Shown one piece after another: positions 54,774 to 64,000 of a stretch of 64,000 bases of DNA. The notes beneath the pieces are model-generated. The model saw only the letters and a list, made by a program, of their open reading frames with translations, did no database searches and was not told the origin of the DNA. This DNA is from Candidatus Dormiibacterota bacterium (GTDB taxonomy: Bacteria > Chloroflexota > Dormibacteria > Aeolococcales > Bog-877), in contig DATLQZ010000111.1 in NCBI GenBank assembly GCA_035534915.1, positions 16,258 to 80,257 of the forward strand, written 5' to 3'. A program made the position numbers and the translations under genes. The stretch's first letter is position 1; every line of letters starts with the position of its first letter.

Positions 54774-56438
54774 ATGATTCGCACTCTGATCGTGGCGGAC
54801 GCGCTCAATGCGGCGGCGCTCGAGCCTTGGGTGGGGTATCTCTCCAGCACCGGGGCGGTCGCGGCCGAGGTCGCCACCGACACTCGCTGTTTGAGCCGCC
54901 TGGAGGGCTTCGACGTGGTGGTGGCGCACGCTCCCGACGCCCGGCTCGCTGCCGAGGAGGAGGCAGGACTCTGCGATTTTGTGGCCGGCGGGGGCGGCTT
55001 CGTCGGCCTGCACTGCACCAGCGCGCGCTGGACTGGCGCCCGCTACAGAGCGATGGTTGGGGCTAGTTCGGAGGAGAGGCTCCCGCGGAGTGAACTGGTT
55101 GCCGAACTTCATCACACCGAACACGACACCATCCGCCGGATGTCGGGACCGATCACCGTCGAGGACTCCTGTTACGGGCAGTTTGATACATCGCCGGACG
55201 CGACGGTCCTGCTGAGCACGACCTGGAGGTCACGCCCCATTCCCGTCGCCTATGCGCGTCCATTTGGTAAGGGACGGGTCTTTTACTGCGGCCTGGGAGA
55301 GTCAACGTCCGGCTGGAGCCATCCTGATCTACAGGCCTTCCTCTACCGCGGACTGCGTCATGCGGCGGGCCGCGAGGAGAGAAGGTCAGTAGGGGTGGGG
55401 ATGTTGGGTTTCGGCGCGATCGGCCCCGAGCACACTCGAGCCATCCGCAGGGTGGCAGGGCTGGAGCTGGTCGGGATCTGTGACCGAAGTGAGCGGAGGC
55501 TGGCGGCTGCGCTGGGGGAAGTGCCCGGCACCAAGACTGTCACCGAGCTTGAGGAGCTCCTAGCCCTTCCCGCGATGGATGTTGTCGTCATCTCCACCCC
55601 GCCCAACACGCATGGCCCGCTGGGACTGCGAGCGCTCGAGGCAGGAAAGCACGTGGTGATAGAGAAGCCCTTCTGCCTGTCGGGAGCAGAGGCCGATCGC
55701 ATGTTGGCGGCGGCGGAGCGCGCTGGAGCCACTCTCACGGTCTACCAGAATCGGCGCTGGGACCCGGACTATCTGGCCCTGCGGCGGTTGGTCAGCGAGG
55801 GCGCTGTTGGCGACATTTTCCATCTTGAGGCGTTTGTCGGAGGCTTCAATCACCCATGCCACTTCTGGCATTCCGACGCCGCGATCAGCGGTGGGGTCAT
55901 CTACGACTGGGGATCGCACTACCTGGACTGGATTCTGGAATTGCTTCCGTCATCGGTCGTGCGCGTCTCCGCGAGTCGCCAGAACCGGGTGTGGCACGAC
56001 GTCACCAATGACGATCACTTTGATCTGAGATTGACCTTTGACGACGGTGCGGAGGCCCAGTTCATCCACTCCGACATCGCCGCGGCGCGGAAGCCCAAGT
56101 GGTACATCCTGGGGACCCGCGGCGCAGTGGTGGGGAACTGGAGAGAGGCCTCCTTCTCCACCCGCCGGCCCAACGGGGTCTTTGAGGAGCAGCTTCCGGT
56201 CGCTGATCTGCAATGCGAGCTTCACCTGCTGCGGCCCGCCGGACGGGGGCAGAGCCATGACGAGCGGATCGTCCTCCCCGCGCCTCCACCGGAGGCCTTC
56301 TACCGCAATCTCGCGGGCCACCTCCTCGCCGACGAGCCACTGGCTGTCGCCCCTGAGTCCGCTCGCCGCAACATTGCGGTCATGGAGGCAGCGACCGAGT
56401 CGGCAGCGTCAGGCAGGCCCGTCGAGGTCAGGGTTTGA
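54774..56438 (+). CDS. Fusion protein: N-terminal ThuA-like (class-I GATase-like) domain + Gfo/Idh/MocA oxidoreductase
   Basis: aa 1-200: FDVVVAHAPDARL...FVAGGGGFVGLHC (ThuA-like). aa 210-554: VGMLGFGAIGPEHTRA...VVISTPPNTHGPLGLRALEAGKHVVIEKPF (GFO Rossmann). Confidence 0.8.
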   Translation: MIRTLIVADALNAAALEPWVGYLSSTGAVAAEVATDTRCLSRLEGFDVVVAHAPDARLAAEEEAGLCDFVAGGGGFVGLHCTSARWTGARYRAMVGASSEERLPRSELVAELHHTEHDTIRRMSGPITVEDSCYGQFDTSPDATVLLSTTWRSRPIPVAYARPFGKGRVFYCGLGESTSGWSHPDLQAFLYRGLRHAAGREERRSVGVGMLGFGAIGPEHTRAIRRVAGLELVGICDRSERRLAAALGEVPGTKTVTELEELLALPAMDVVVISTPPNTHGPLGLRALEAGKHVVIEKPFCLSGAEADRMLAAAERAGATLTVYQNRRWDPDYLALRRLVSEGAVGDIFHLEAFVGGFNHPCHFWHSDAAISGGVIYDWGSHYLDWILELLPSSVVRVSASRQNRVWHDVTNDDHFDLRLTFDDGAEAQFIHSDIAAARKPKWYILGTRGAVVGNWREASFSTRRPNGVFEEQLPVADLQCELHLLRPAGRGQSHDERIVLPAPPPEAFYRNLAGHLLADEPLAVAPESARRNIAVMEAATESAASGRPVEVRV

Positions 56439-57451
56439 GCGACCCCCCGTTGCGCTGGGGCATCCTGGGAGCAGCCAGAATAGCCCGCCAGGCGGTGGTT
56501 CCCGCGATCAGGGCGGCGGGTGGCCAGGTCGCGGTCCTCGGCAGTCGTGACCGATCGCGCGGGCTGGCCATGGCCGCAGAATTGGGAATTCCCACGGTGG
56601 TCGAGGGGTACGAGTCGGTTCTCGAGAGCGCCCTGGATTGCGTTTACATCGCCCTGCCTAACTCCCTTCATTGGGAGTGGACGCTGGCGGCCCTCAATCG
56701 CGGACTGCACGTTCTTTGCGAAAAGCCGCTGGCGCTGACCCCCCGCCAAGCTGCCGAGATGGGAGCGGTGGCACGAGGACGGAGGCTGGTGCTGGCGGAG
56801 GCGGTGATGTATCGGTACCACCCCAGGTGGGCAAGGCTCATCGCGATGGTTCGCGGTGGTGCCCTCGGTCAGGTTCGACAGATCTCGGGAACCTTCGCGT
56901 TCACCCTTCGCCCGCCGCCTGACATTCGCTGGGACCCCGCCCTGGGGGGCGGGGCGCTACTGGACGTGGGCTCCTATTTGGTCAACGCCGCGCGCTGGAT
57001 CAGCGGGCAGGAGCCGGACCGCGTCGCGGCGCTCGGGGTGCTTCGACATGGCGTGGATGAGGCGGCCGACGTGGTCCTACAGTTCTTGGGGACGGACCAA
57101 GTTGCGCCCACCATGGCGGCCCTCAGCTGTGGATTTGGGACGGCAGAGTCACAGTGGCTCAGGGTAGAAGGCACCGTGGGATCCGTCCTTCTCGAGCGGC
57201 CGTTCACCGCCTGGCATCGCGATGCTCTTCCCATCCTTTGGGAGTCCGGGTCAAGTCGCTTCGAACAGGTCCCCTGCCCTGCTGGCGATCCCTATGAAGC
57301 GATGGTGCGAGCCTTTGAGGTGTCGGTCCGCGAAGGTGCTCCCACAGCGACTGGACCCGACGATGGAGCGGCGAATCTGGCCGTCCTTGAGGCCTGTCTC
57401 AAGAGTCTCAAGACAGGGCGACTCGAGCCGGTCGTTGACTTCCGAGGCTAA
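56435..57451 (+). CDS. Gfo/Idh/MocA-family oxidoreductase
   Basis: LRWGILGAARIARQAVVPAI...YIALPNSLHWEWTLAALNRGLHVLCEKPL. 4-nt overlap with the upstream fusion gene. Confidence 0.85.
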   Translation: MSDPPLRWGILGAARIARQAVVPAIRAAGGQVAVLGSRDRSRGLAMAAELGIPTVVEGYESVLESALDCVYIALPNSLHWEWTLAALNRGLHVLCEKPLALTPRQAAEMGAVARGRRLVLAEAVMYRYHPRWARLIAMVRGGALGQVRQISGTFAFTLRPPPDIRWDPALGGGALLDVGSYLVNAARWISGQEPDRVAALGVLRHGVDEAADVVLQFLGTDQVAPTMAALSCGFGTAESQWLRVEGTVGSVLLERPFTAWHRDALPILWESGSSRFEQVPCPAGDPYEAMVRAFEVSVREGAPTATGPDDGAANLAVLEACLKSLKTGRLEPVVDFRG

Positions 57452-58874
57452 TCCGGCAGCTCGAGCGCACCATCACCAAGGTCACTAGGCCAGGGGAGGG
57501 TCCATGTGGCTTGAGCTCTCGAACGCAGCTGCTGTTGAGAGCGGGAGAGCCGGCGGTCTTGGGCCAGGAGACTTGGACCAGGCTCCCGGGCAGCGCCCCG
57601 GAAATGGTGGCCCGAAGAACGCCGGTTGAGAGCTGGAAGGACATCGAGGTCAATCGGCCCGGGGCGCTGCGAATGAACGGCTGAGACAGAACGTGCAACC
57701 ATGGGGCATCGACGGGGCCGCCGTTCTGCCTCACTCCCCAGCCTTCAGAGTCATCCCACTCCCACCATGCCCACCCCGCCAGGTGGGTATTGGATAGGGC
57801 GATCTCATCCTCGGCCCACTGCGTAGCCAGCGGCTGGGTGCGATTGATGCCGACCTCTCCAACCCAATAGGGAGCTGGCAGCTGTCGCGCCTCTCCGAGG
57901 GCCTGGTTCCACTCATCTTTCAACGGTGCGGCGCTCCCCTTGAACGGGCTTCCCAGGAGGCTGCCGGCGTACAGATGGGTGGAGTACACAAGGTCCGCAG
58001 CGTGAAGCGGGGTGATGGCGGTGGGGTATTCGCCGAAGAGGTCGCCTTCAACGATGAACAGGTGATTGGGGTCTACTGCGGAGAGGGTCTTGATCCCGGT
58101 GGCGTAGAAGGGCCACAGTAGTCTGGTGGCGAAGATACCTGGTGGGATGGGAAGGGGGTGCGGCTCGTTGTAAAGGTCGTAGCCCGCCAAGTTCGAGTTG
58201 CCGCGGAAGCGCTGGGCCACGAAGGCCCACGCCTGCCAGTAAAGCGCCTGCCAGTTGGGATAGAGCCAGAAATAGGCGAGAGCTGCGTTGACGGCTGGTG
58301 ATAGATGGCGCTGCCACGCGGCTGGCAGACCGGGCAGGTGCAGATTGGGGATTCCTGGTACGCGGAGCCAGGCGGGAGCCCCGCTGCCACCGAATCCAAC
58401 GCCGAAGTCCTCCGTGTGCATGTCCAGGACGGCGTAGAGGTGGTGGGCGGCGCAGACCGAGACCATAGCAGAGATCTCATCCAAGTAGGTTGTGCTGAAA
58501 TGGCCCGGCTGCGGCTCTAGTAGGGACCACGAGATCGGAATCCGGACCACGTCGAATCCCTCTGCCTCCATGAGCAGAGCGTCGGCGTTGGAGAGGGCAG
58601 GAGGCAGGGGATTGGCCCCGGTCTCCAGCAGGGCAGCATCATTGAAGCCGCGGAGGATCACCGTCTGGCCCTGGGAGTTGGTGATGAGGCCGGAGCTGAC
58701 TTCTAACCACGGCAGGCCGGACGCCGGTGGCCGGTCCGGGGTCACCAGCACCGCCAGCGCCCTTGTGGGTAGGACTGTCAGCGCCGTCACGCCGAGAATA
58801 GTCGCCAAGAGACACGCGGGGACCGCCAGTCGGCCGCCGCGCTCTATTGGAGCAGGCAGCTGCCGCCGCGCCAT
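57408..58874 (-). CDS. Secreted glycoside hydrolase family 5 (cellulase-superfamily)
   Basis: Signal-like N-terminus. VILRGFN, VVRIPISWSLLEP, acid/base YDLYNEPH, nucleophile region YWVGEVG. Confidence 0.8.
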   Translation of the reverse strand: MARRQLPAPIERGGRLAVPACLLATILGVTALTVLPTRALAVLVTPDRPPASGLPWLEVSSGLITNSQGQTVILRGFNDAALLETGANPLPPALSNADALLMEAEGFDVVRIPISWSLLEPQPGHFSTTYLDEISAMVSVCAAHHLYAVLDMHTEDFGVGFGGSGAPAWLRVPGIPNLHLPGLPAAWQRHLSPAVNAALAYFWLYPNWQALYWQAWAFVAQRFRGNSNLAGYDLYNEPHPLPIPPGIFATRLLWPFYATGIKTLSAVDPNHLFIVEGDLFGEYPTAITPLHAADLVYSTHLYAGSLLGSPFKGSAAPLKDEWNQALGEARQLPAPYWVGEVGINRTQPLATQWAEDEIALSNTHLAGWAWWEWDDSEGWGVRQNGGPVDAPWLHVLSQPFIRSAPGRLTSMSFQLSTGVLRATISGALPGSLVQVSWPKTAGSPALNSSCVRELKPHGPSPGLVTLVMVRSSCRISLGSQRPARVALS

Positions 58875-58938
58875 TTCCGACTTGAGGAGTAGTCTCCGTC
58901 GAGAATCTCCCCGAGGATGCTAGCCCTGGTTTGGGCAG

Positions 58939-59427
58939 TCACTCTGATCCCACTCCTGTGTGCGGACCGCCCTGGAAGGCTATCACGCCATCCAGAAAGC
59001 GGCCGGTGTGGGCGTCCACCAGCACCAAGTACAGATCGATCTGCCCTGGAGCGGGCAGGTTTCCTGAGGCGTCGGGATTGGCTTGGAGTAGCACCACCCA
59101 GCACAGGCGAGGTTGCGCACCGAGGCTGCTTCCGGCTGCCGTGACCTCGGCGAGAACTACCTGCTCCACGCGGTCCTGGCGACCTTGGCGTTGTGCGACT
59201 GCCACCGCCTGGCCCCTTCGAATCGCTGCGGTTCCAGCTGGTTCGTTGAGAGTCAAACCGCTTCCCTGCATCACTGCCACTGTCTCGGGGAGGAGCCCCA
59301 GCCCATTGGGCTGGGGGGATGGCGCCATCGCCAACAGTGAGAGAACTGCGATCAGGATGGCCGCGAGTGCGAACAGGACGCCGGAGGCGGTGCGAGACGG
59401 TTGCTGAGAGGAGCGCGAAGCTGACAT
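58939..59427 (-). CDS. Hypothetical N-terminally anchored/secreted small protein (163 aa)
   Basis: TM/signal segment GVLFALAAILIAVLSLLAMA followed by a soluble beta-rich domain (LCWVVLLQ...IDLYLVLVDAHTGRFLDGV, PepSY-like feel). The coding frame looks better than the overlapping R-rich alternative ORF. Confidence 0.45.
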   Translation of the reverse strand: MSASRSSQQPSRTASGVLFALAAILIAVLSLLAMAPSPQPNGLGLLPETVAVMQGSGLTLNEPAGTAAIRRGQAVAVAQRQGRQDRVEQVVLAEVTAAGSSLGAQPRLCWVVLLQANPDASGNLPAPGQIDLYLVLVDAHTGRFLDGVIAFQGGPHTGVGSE

Positions 59428-59579
59428 ATTGCAGGACCATGATCGCGATTGCGCGGTGGGCTCAGGGCGCCCCAACTCGACGGTAGTTTCGAGCTTGGTC
59501 GGCTGCGGTAGGGTAGGGGTAGCGGGCGGGCCGCGACAGCGCAGCCCCCGACTGTCCAAAACGGAGGTTTCGAGAGTTC

Positions 59580-61499
59580 ATGGCCAAGACCGTTGGAATC
59601 GACCTGGGTACTACCAACTCGGTGGTCGCTGTGATGGAGGCCGGGGAGCCGGTCGTAATTCCCAACACTGAGGGTGGGCGGACCACTCCTTCTGTGGTGG
59701 CGTTCTCCAAAGGGGGGGAACGGCTGGTCGGCCAGTTGGCGCGTCGCCAGGCCGCCGTCAACCCCGAGAACACTGTCTACTCGATCAAGCGCTTCATGGG
59801 GAGGCTCTTCAACGAAGTCGAGGGCGAGCGCAAAATCGTTCCCTACCAGGTCATGTCGGGCAAGGACGGACGCGCGGAGGTAGATGTCGACGGCACCAAC
59901 TACACCCCCGAGCAGATCTCGGCCATGATCTTGCAGAAGCTCAAGGCGGACGCGGAGGCCTACCTCGGCGAGAAGGTAACCGACGCCGTGATCACGGTGC
60001 CCGCCTACTTCAACGACGCCCAGCGCCAGGCGACCAAGAACGCCGGGCAGATCGCTGGCCTCAACGTCCTGCGGATCATCAACGAGCCGACGGCCGCGGC
60101 CCTGGCTTATGGGCTCGACCGGAAGGAGTCGGAGAAGATCTTGGTTTTTGACTTGGGAGGTGGCACCTTCGACGTCTCCATCCTGGAGGTGGGAGAGGGC
60201 GTCTTCGAAGTCAAGTCGACCAATGGAGACACGCATCTCGGCGGTGATGACTATGACCGTCGGATCGTCGATTGGATGGCGGAGGAGTTCAAGCGAGACC
60301 AGGGGATTGACCTGAAGTCCGATCGGCAAGCGCTGCAACGGCTGACGGAGGCGGCGGAGAAGGCGAAGATCGAGCTCTCCCAGCTGGTCGAGACCCAGAT
60401 CAACCTGCCATTCGTGACAGCTGATCAGAACGGCCCTAAGCATCTGGATCTGAAATTCTCAAGAGCCAAGTTCGAGCAGCTGACAGCCGACCTCACTGAC
60501 CGTTGCAAGGGTCCTTTCGAGAACGCCTTGAAGGACGCCCACATGAAGATCGAGGAACTCGATGAGGTCATTCTGGTCGGTGGCTCGACCCGGATGCCGG
60601 TGATCCAAGAGCTCGTCAAGGGGATGACGGGCAAGGACGCCCACCGAGGGGTGAACCCCGACGAGGTGGTCGCTGTCGGAGCGGCGATCCAGGGCGGTGT
60701 CCTCAAGGGCGAGGTCAAGGACGTCCTGTTGTTGGACGTGACCCCGCTGTCGCTGGGGATCATGACCGAAGGCGAGGTGAACACCAAGCTGATCGAGCGC
60801 AACAGCACCATTCCCACGAGCAAGAGCCAGGTCTTCTCGACCGCGGCCGACAGTCAGTCATCCGTTGAGATCGTGGTGCTTCAGGGCGAGCGTCCGATGG
60901 CCCGCGACAACCGGACTTTGGGGCGGTTCATGCTCGACGGGATCCCGCCTGCGCCGCGCGGTCTGCCCCAGATTGAGGTGACCTTCGACATCGACGCGAA
61001 CGGCATCCTTAACGTGACCGCGAAGGATCGGGGCACGGGCCGGGTACAGAAGGTGACCATCACTGGGTCCACCACCCTCCAGAAGGAGGAGGTGGAGCGC
61101 ATGGTCAAGGAGGCGGAAGCCAATGCCGAGGACGACCGTCGCAAGGCCGAGGACATCGCCTTGCGCAATCGCTGCGACTCGTTGGTGTACAACTCCGAAA
61201 AGACCTTGCGCGAGCATGGCGACAAGGTCCCGGCCGAGCTGAAGGATGAGATCAACCAGAAGATCGAGGCGCTTAAGGCGGCGGTGGCTGCCCAGAACAG
61301 CGTCGACATGCAGAGCCGTGAGCACGACCTGTCCGAGGCCATCCAGAAAGTTGGCGAAGCTCTCTACGCCCAGGCTTCGCCAGGCGACGAACCCGAGGAT
61401 GGACACCCAGGAGAGGACATCCCGCCAGCAGCTGGCTCTACCGATGGGGCGGCGGGAGCCGACGGCGATGTCGTCGACGCCGAATTCAAGGAAGTGTGA
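59580..61499 (+). CDS. dnaK: Molecular chaperone DnaK (Hsp70)
   Basis: [36 protein letters not shown], and a C-terminal acidic tail. Confidence 0.97.
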   Translation: MAKTVGIDLGTTNSVVAVMEAGEPVVIPNTEGGRTTPSVVAFSKGGERLVGQLARRQAAVNPENTVYSIKRFMGRLFNEVEGERKIVPYQVMSGKDGRAEVDVDGTNYTPEQISAMILQKLKADAEAYLGEKVTDAVITVPAYFNDAQRQATKNAGQIAGLNVLRIINEPTAAALAYGLDRKESEKILVFDLGGGTFDVSILEVGEGVFEVKSTNGDTHLGGDDYDRRIVDWMAEEFKRDQGIDLKSDRQALQRLTEAAEKAKIELSQLVETQINLPFVTADQNGPKHLDLKFSRAKFEQLTADLTDRCKGPFENALKDAHMKIEELDEVILVGGSTRMPVIQELVKGMTGKDAHRGVNPDEVVAVGAAIQGGVLKGEVKDVLLLDVTPLSLGIMTEGEVNTKLIERNSTIPTSKSQVFSTAADSQSSVEIVVLQGERPMARDNRTLGRFMLDGIPPAPRGLPQIEVTFDIDANGILNVTAKDRGTGRVQKVTITGSTTLQKEEVERMVKEAEANAEDDRRKAEDIALRNRCDSLVYNSEKTLREHGDKVPAELKDEINQKIEALKAAVAAQNSVDMQSREHDLSEAIQKVGEALYAQASPGDEPEDGHPGEDIPPAAGSTDGAAGADGDVVDAEFKEV

Positions 61500-62533
61500 G
61501 CAAAAGCCGGCCGGCTGCTCGGCTCCTAGCCGGTGCGGCCGCCCTGGCTGCTGTTGGCTCCATCCCTGTGGTCCTGCGGGAGCTGCGCCGCTCATCTGTG
61601 GGCCCATCCGAACAGGAGGTTGAGTCTGTCATTGATCGTGGGCTGGGTCGGTTCGGCGTTCATGGGCAGCACACCTATGTGGGGACGTCCCAAGGACGAG
61701 TCCACCTGCTGGTGGCCGGTGGGGGTGCGCACACGGTCATGCTCCTGCCCGGCCTGGGGGCCAGCGCAGGCAGCTACCCTGGTCTCATCGCCAACCTCGC
61801 CAGGAATCGCCGGGTGGTTGCCCTCGACCTGCCTGGTACAGGGCTGAGCGATCCCATTCAGTTCACCGGTCATCCTCGGCCCGCCTGGACGCAGTTGATC
61901 CGAGAGGTTGGGGATCAGCTGGGGCTCGCGAGCTTCCATCTCTGTGGGCACTCTCTGGGTGGGCTGGCTGCCGGGGCTTTTGCGGTGGACAGCCCGGATC
62001 GGGTCTCTGCGCTGGTGCTGTTGGCACCGGTTGGGCTGGCAGCCAAGCCTCCGCTAATGTGGCGAGCCGCGCTGTTACCCGGCCTGGCCGATGTGGTGTT
62101 CAGCCTAGATCTCCTGATGATGGGAAGACAATCAGCGCGGGGTGCATCCGACGTTCGCGGTCTTCCGCGGGGTCCGGTCGAGGTCGGGCCGGATGCTGAC
62201 GGGTATCGGTTTCTGGTCACTCGGCGCTTCACGACGGGCTTCGACCTGATGGCATTCAAGCGCCTGCTCGACCTCTCTGGCTTCCGGGCGGACTCGTTCC
62301 TGCTGCCGGCGCTTGGGCTGATGTCGGGAAGGGCGATGGTGGTCTTCGGCGACCACGACACCAAGGTGCCGGTCGCCCCAGCGCAGCTTCAGCTGCAGCA
62401 CTACCCTGGCTTAGAGCTGCGCGTGGTGGCGGGGTGGACGCACCTGTTCCCGTTCGTCAAGCCGTTTGAGACAGCGGAGTTGGTAGACGGATGGCTCACC
62501 GACTGCGAACAGCGAATGGCCCCCCGGAACTGA
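61496..62533 (+). CDS. Alpha/beta-fold hydrolase
   Basis: [10 protein letters not shown], nucleophile elbow GHSLGG, C-terminal GDHD...H triad region. GTGA overlap with the dnaK stop. Confidence 0.85.
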   Translation: MSKSRPAARLLAGAAALAAVGSIPVVLRELRRSSVGPSEQEVESVIDRGLGRFGVHGQHTYVGTSQGRVHLLVAGGGAHTVMLLPGLGASAGSYPGLIANLARNRRVVALDLPGTGLSDPIQFTGHPRPAWTQLIREVGDQLGLASFHLCGHSLGGLAAGAFAVDSPDRVSALVLLAPVGLAAKPPLMWRAALLPGLADVVFSLDLLMMGRQSARGASDVRGLPRGPVEVGPDADGYRFLVTRRFTTGFDLMAFKRLLDLSGFRADSFLLPALGLMSGRAMVVFGDHDTKVPVAPAQLQLQHYPGLELRVVAGWTHLFPFVKPFETAELVDGWLTDCEQRMAPRN

Positions 62534-62850
62534 GTTAGCGGTTGTGGCCGGGCCCGTCTGGTGAGGCGCTTCCGGAGTTCGGCTGCGCCATGCTGGCGGT
62601 CGGTGGCCAGCGCCCGACGCCGAGATTGAAGCGATTCTCAATGGTTGGCTAGGTGACCTGGGCGTCTCTGGGGTGCATCACTTCTTCAAAACCGGTGTGG
62701 GGCGAATTCATGCGCTTGAAGTAGGAGTTAGGGAGCGCCTGAGGGGACCCCGACAGTCGGTCCAGATCACCGCCAGCTGGACCCACCTCCGCAGCCCAAG
62801 CTTCGTGGACCCCTGTCAGCGGGCCCGCCACCCACTTCCCGTCCTCCCCG

Positions 62851-63636
62851 TTACGTGCGGGGTGCGCGGACCTTGAATTCGGCACAGGCTGGATCCCGCA
62901 ACGTCGCCCGAACCCCAAAGGGCGTGTCGTCCGGACCCGTCACCACCGTCCCTCCGAGGGCACCCACCTTCTCTAGGGTGGCGGCGACGTCGCGGACATG
63001 CCAGTACACCGACCACCTGCCGCCGACACCCGGCGGGAGGAACTGTGATGCGTCCATGACGCCAGACAGATCCGAGTCTCCGGATGCGGAGCGCAGCGTG
63101 GTGGAGGTGATCTGATGCTCCCCAGCCGTCGAGGCCGTCACGACGCCGAGCACCGCTCGGTAAAAGTCGACGGCGCGACCGTGATCTCGCGTCTGGAGTT
63201 CGAACCAGCTGGGCGCTCCCGGTTCGTCCAACGCAGTGAAACCCGGGAAGGTCCCCGGTTGCCAAAGGCCGAAGTTCGCCCCGGTGGGGTCTAGAAGGAC
63301 TGCCTGCACACCGAGGTCCGCAACGGGCATCGCGGGGCTCAGAAGCGTGGCGCCGGCTCGCTCAGCGGCGGCGATGGTCGCGGTCACGTCCGCACAGGCG
63401 AAGTAGACGCTCCAGTTGTCCGTGGCTTTGCTGTCGCCCATGTCGCCCATGGCGCCGGCGATGGGCACGCCACCCCGCGTGAACATGAAGTAGCCCCCAA
63501 ACTCCGGGCTCGGATCCTGTGGCTCCCACCCGAACAGGCCCGCATAGAACCGCCGACTTCCTTCGACGTCCGAGGTCCAGAGATCCACCCAGCAAGGGGC
63601 TCCAAGCGGGGGGTTGCTTCGCGTGGTCATGGCCAA
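62851..63636 (-). CDS. Two-domain VOC (glyoxalase/bleomycin-resistance/dioxygenase) family protein
   Basis: PCWVDLWTSDVEGSRRFYAGLFGW and a second repeat PSWFELQTRDHGRAVDFYRAVLG. Confidence 0.8.
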   Translation of the reverse strand: MAMTTRSNPPLGAPCWVDLWTSDVEGSRRFYAGLFGWEPQDPSPEFGGYFMFTRGGVPIAGAMGDMGDSKATDNWSVYFACADVTATIAAAERAGATLLSPAMPVADLGVQAVLLDPTGANFGLWQPGTFPGFTALDEPGAPSWFELQTRDHGRAVDFYRAVLGVVTASTAGEHQITSTTLRSASGDSDLSGVMDASQFLPPGVGGRWSVYWHVRDVAATLEKVGALGGTVVTGPDDTPFGVRATLRDPACAEFKVRAPRT

Positions 63637-63905
63637 CTCCTGTGAGCGAGCGCCAGCTTCCGGGAACTCCGGCGGCGCGTCCCCGTCAGCTTCTTGGGGC
63701 GACGATGGTACGTCACACTCCCGTGGAAGGCAAGCGAGAGTTCTCCCGGGCTACGACCCCAGGCGGCGCAGAAGTCGTCGGCGCCGGCCAAGACCTCCGT
63801 CGTTAGCGCCTCTGCCCCGGGACCTGAGGCGCGTCGGGCGGAAAGGGTCCGCAACAGTGACTAGAGCTGCTAAGCGAGCCTGAGTGATATGTGACACGTG
63901 GTGGC

Positions 63906-64000
63906 ATGGCATTGTTGCGACTCAAGGCGGCGGCGGAGGTGCTGGGGGTGCACCCGGTGACGTTGAGGCGTTGGGCTGACGAGGGCCCGGTGCCGGTGGT
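63906..64000 (+). CDS. MerR/excisionase-type HTH protein, N-terminal 31 aa only (continues beyond window)
   Basis: MALLRLKAAAEVLGVHPVTLRRWADEGPVPV is the HTH_17/MerR pattern seen in excisionases, IS607-type serine recombinases and HspR-like regulators. Confidence 0.4.
   Translation, partial: MALLRLKAAAEVLGVHPVTLRRWADEGPVPV

Noticed and set aside
59352-61607. Long antisense ORFs opposite dnaK (59352..60443, 363 aa; 60858..61607, 249 aa). Similar cases lie opposite sbcC-like (42434..43336), thrC (14758..15570), cysS and ppdK.
   Set aside because: They overlap genes with unmistakable homology on the other strand. They are R/P/G/A-rich with no recognisable motifs, the usual artefact of stop-codon-poor GC-rich DNA.
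62534-62850. ORF 62649..62918 (89 aa, minus strand) in the gap between the hydrolase and VOC genes.
   Set aside because: It overlaps the 3' end of the well-supported VOC gene in another frame and has no recognisable domain. It cannot be supported as a gene.

Overview
GC-rich bacterial chromosomal segment (roughly two-thirds G+C by eye, not computed). It is densely coded, with about 50 protein genes on both strands. I found no rRNA, tRNA or CRISPR array. Gene content (LLM/F420-type oxidoreductase, mycothiol-type DinB enzyme, YceI, a Cheo-type LexA box) fits an actinobacterial or Chloroflexi-like Gram-positive lineage, but I cannot assign taxonomy from sequence alone.

Housekeeping genes: recO, cysS, glyQS, ask-thrC/asd, ppdK, ftsH, dnaK, ubiE/menG.

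The window is unusually rich in DNA-repair and mutagenesis functions: xthA, an AddAB/AdnAB-type helicase-nuclease pair, and a LexA-box-headed imuA-imuB locus. That locus is separated from its dnaE2 partner by ftsH and an SbcD/SbcC (YhaO/YhaN)-like pair.

Most noteworthy observations:
1. A full-length cysteinyl-tRNA synthetase fused in frame to a GT2-like glycosyltransferase domain.
2. The expanded, split SOS mutasome locus with a perfect CGAAC-N4-GTTCG operator inside a near-consensus promoter, and an 80-aa W/R-rich ORF translationally coupled to imuB that looks like a detached ImuB C-terminus.
3. Three DNA-repair genes whose conserved N-terminal motifs lie upstream of the first ATG/GTG/TTG. 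Two of them (xthA, sbcD-like) show a GAGGTG-N8-CTG arrangement, suggesting CTG initiation.
4. Decay and mobile remnants: a multiply frameshifted GT2 pseudogene, a truncated tnpB-like remnant, and a 1.9-kb stretch with no convincing intact gene.

All functional calls come from reading the translated ORFs by eye. No database search was run.
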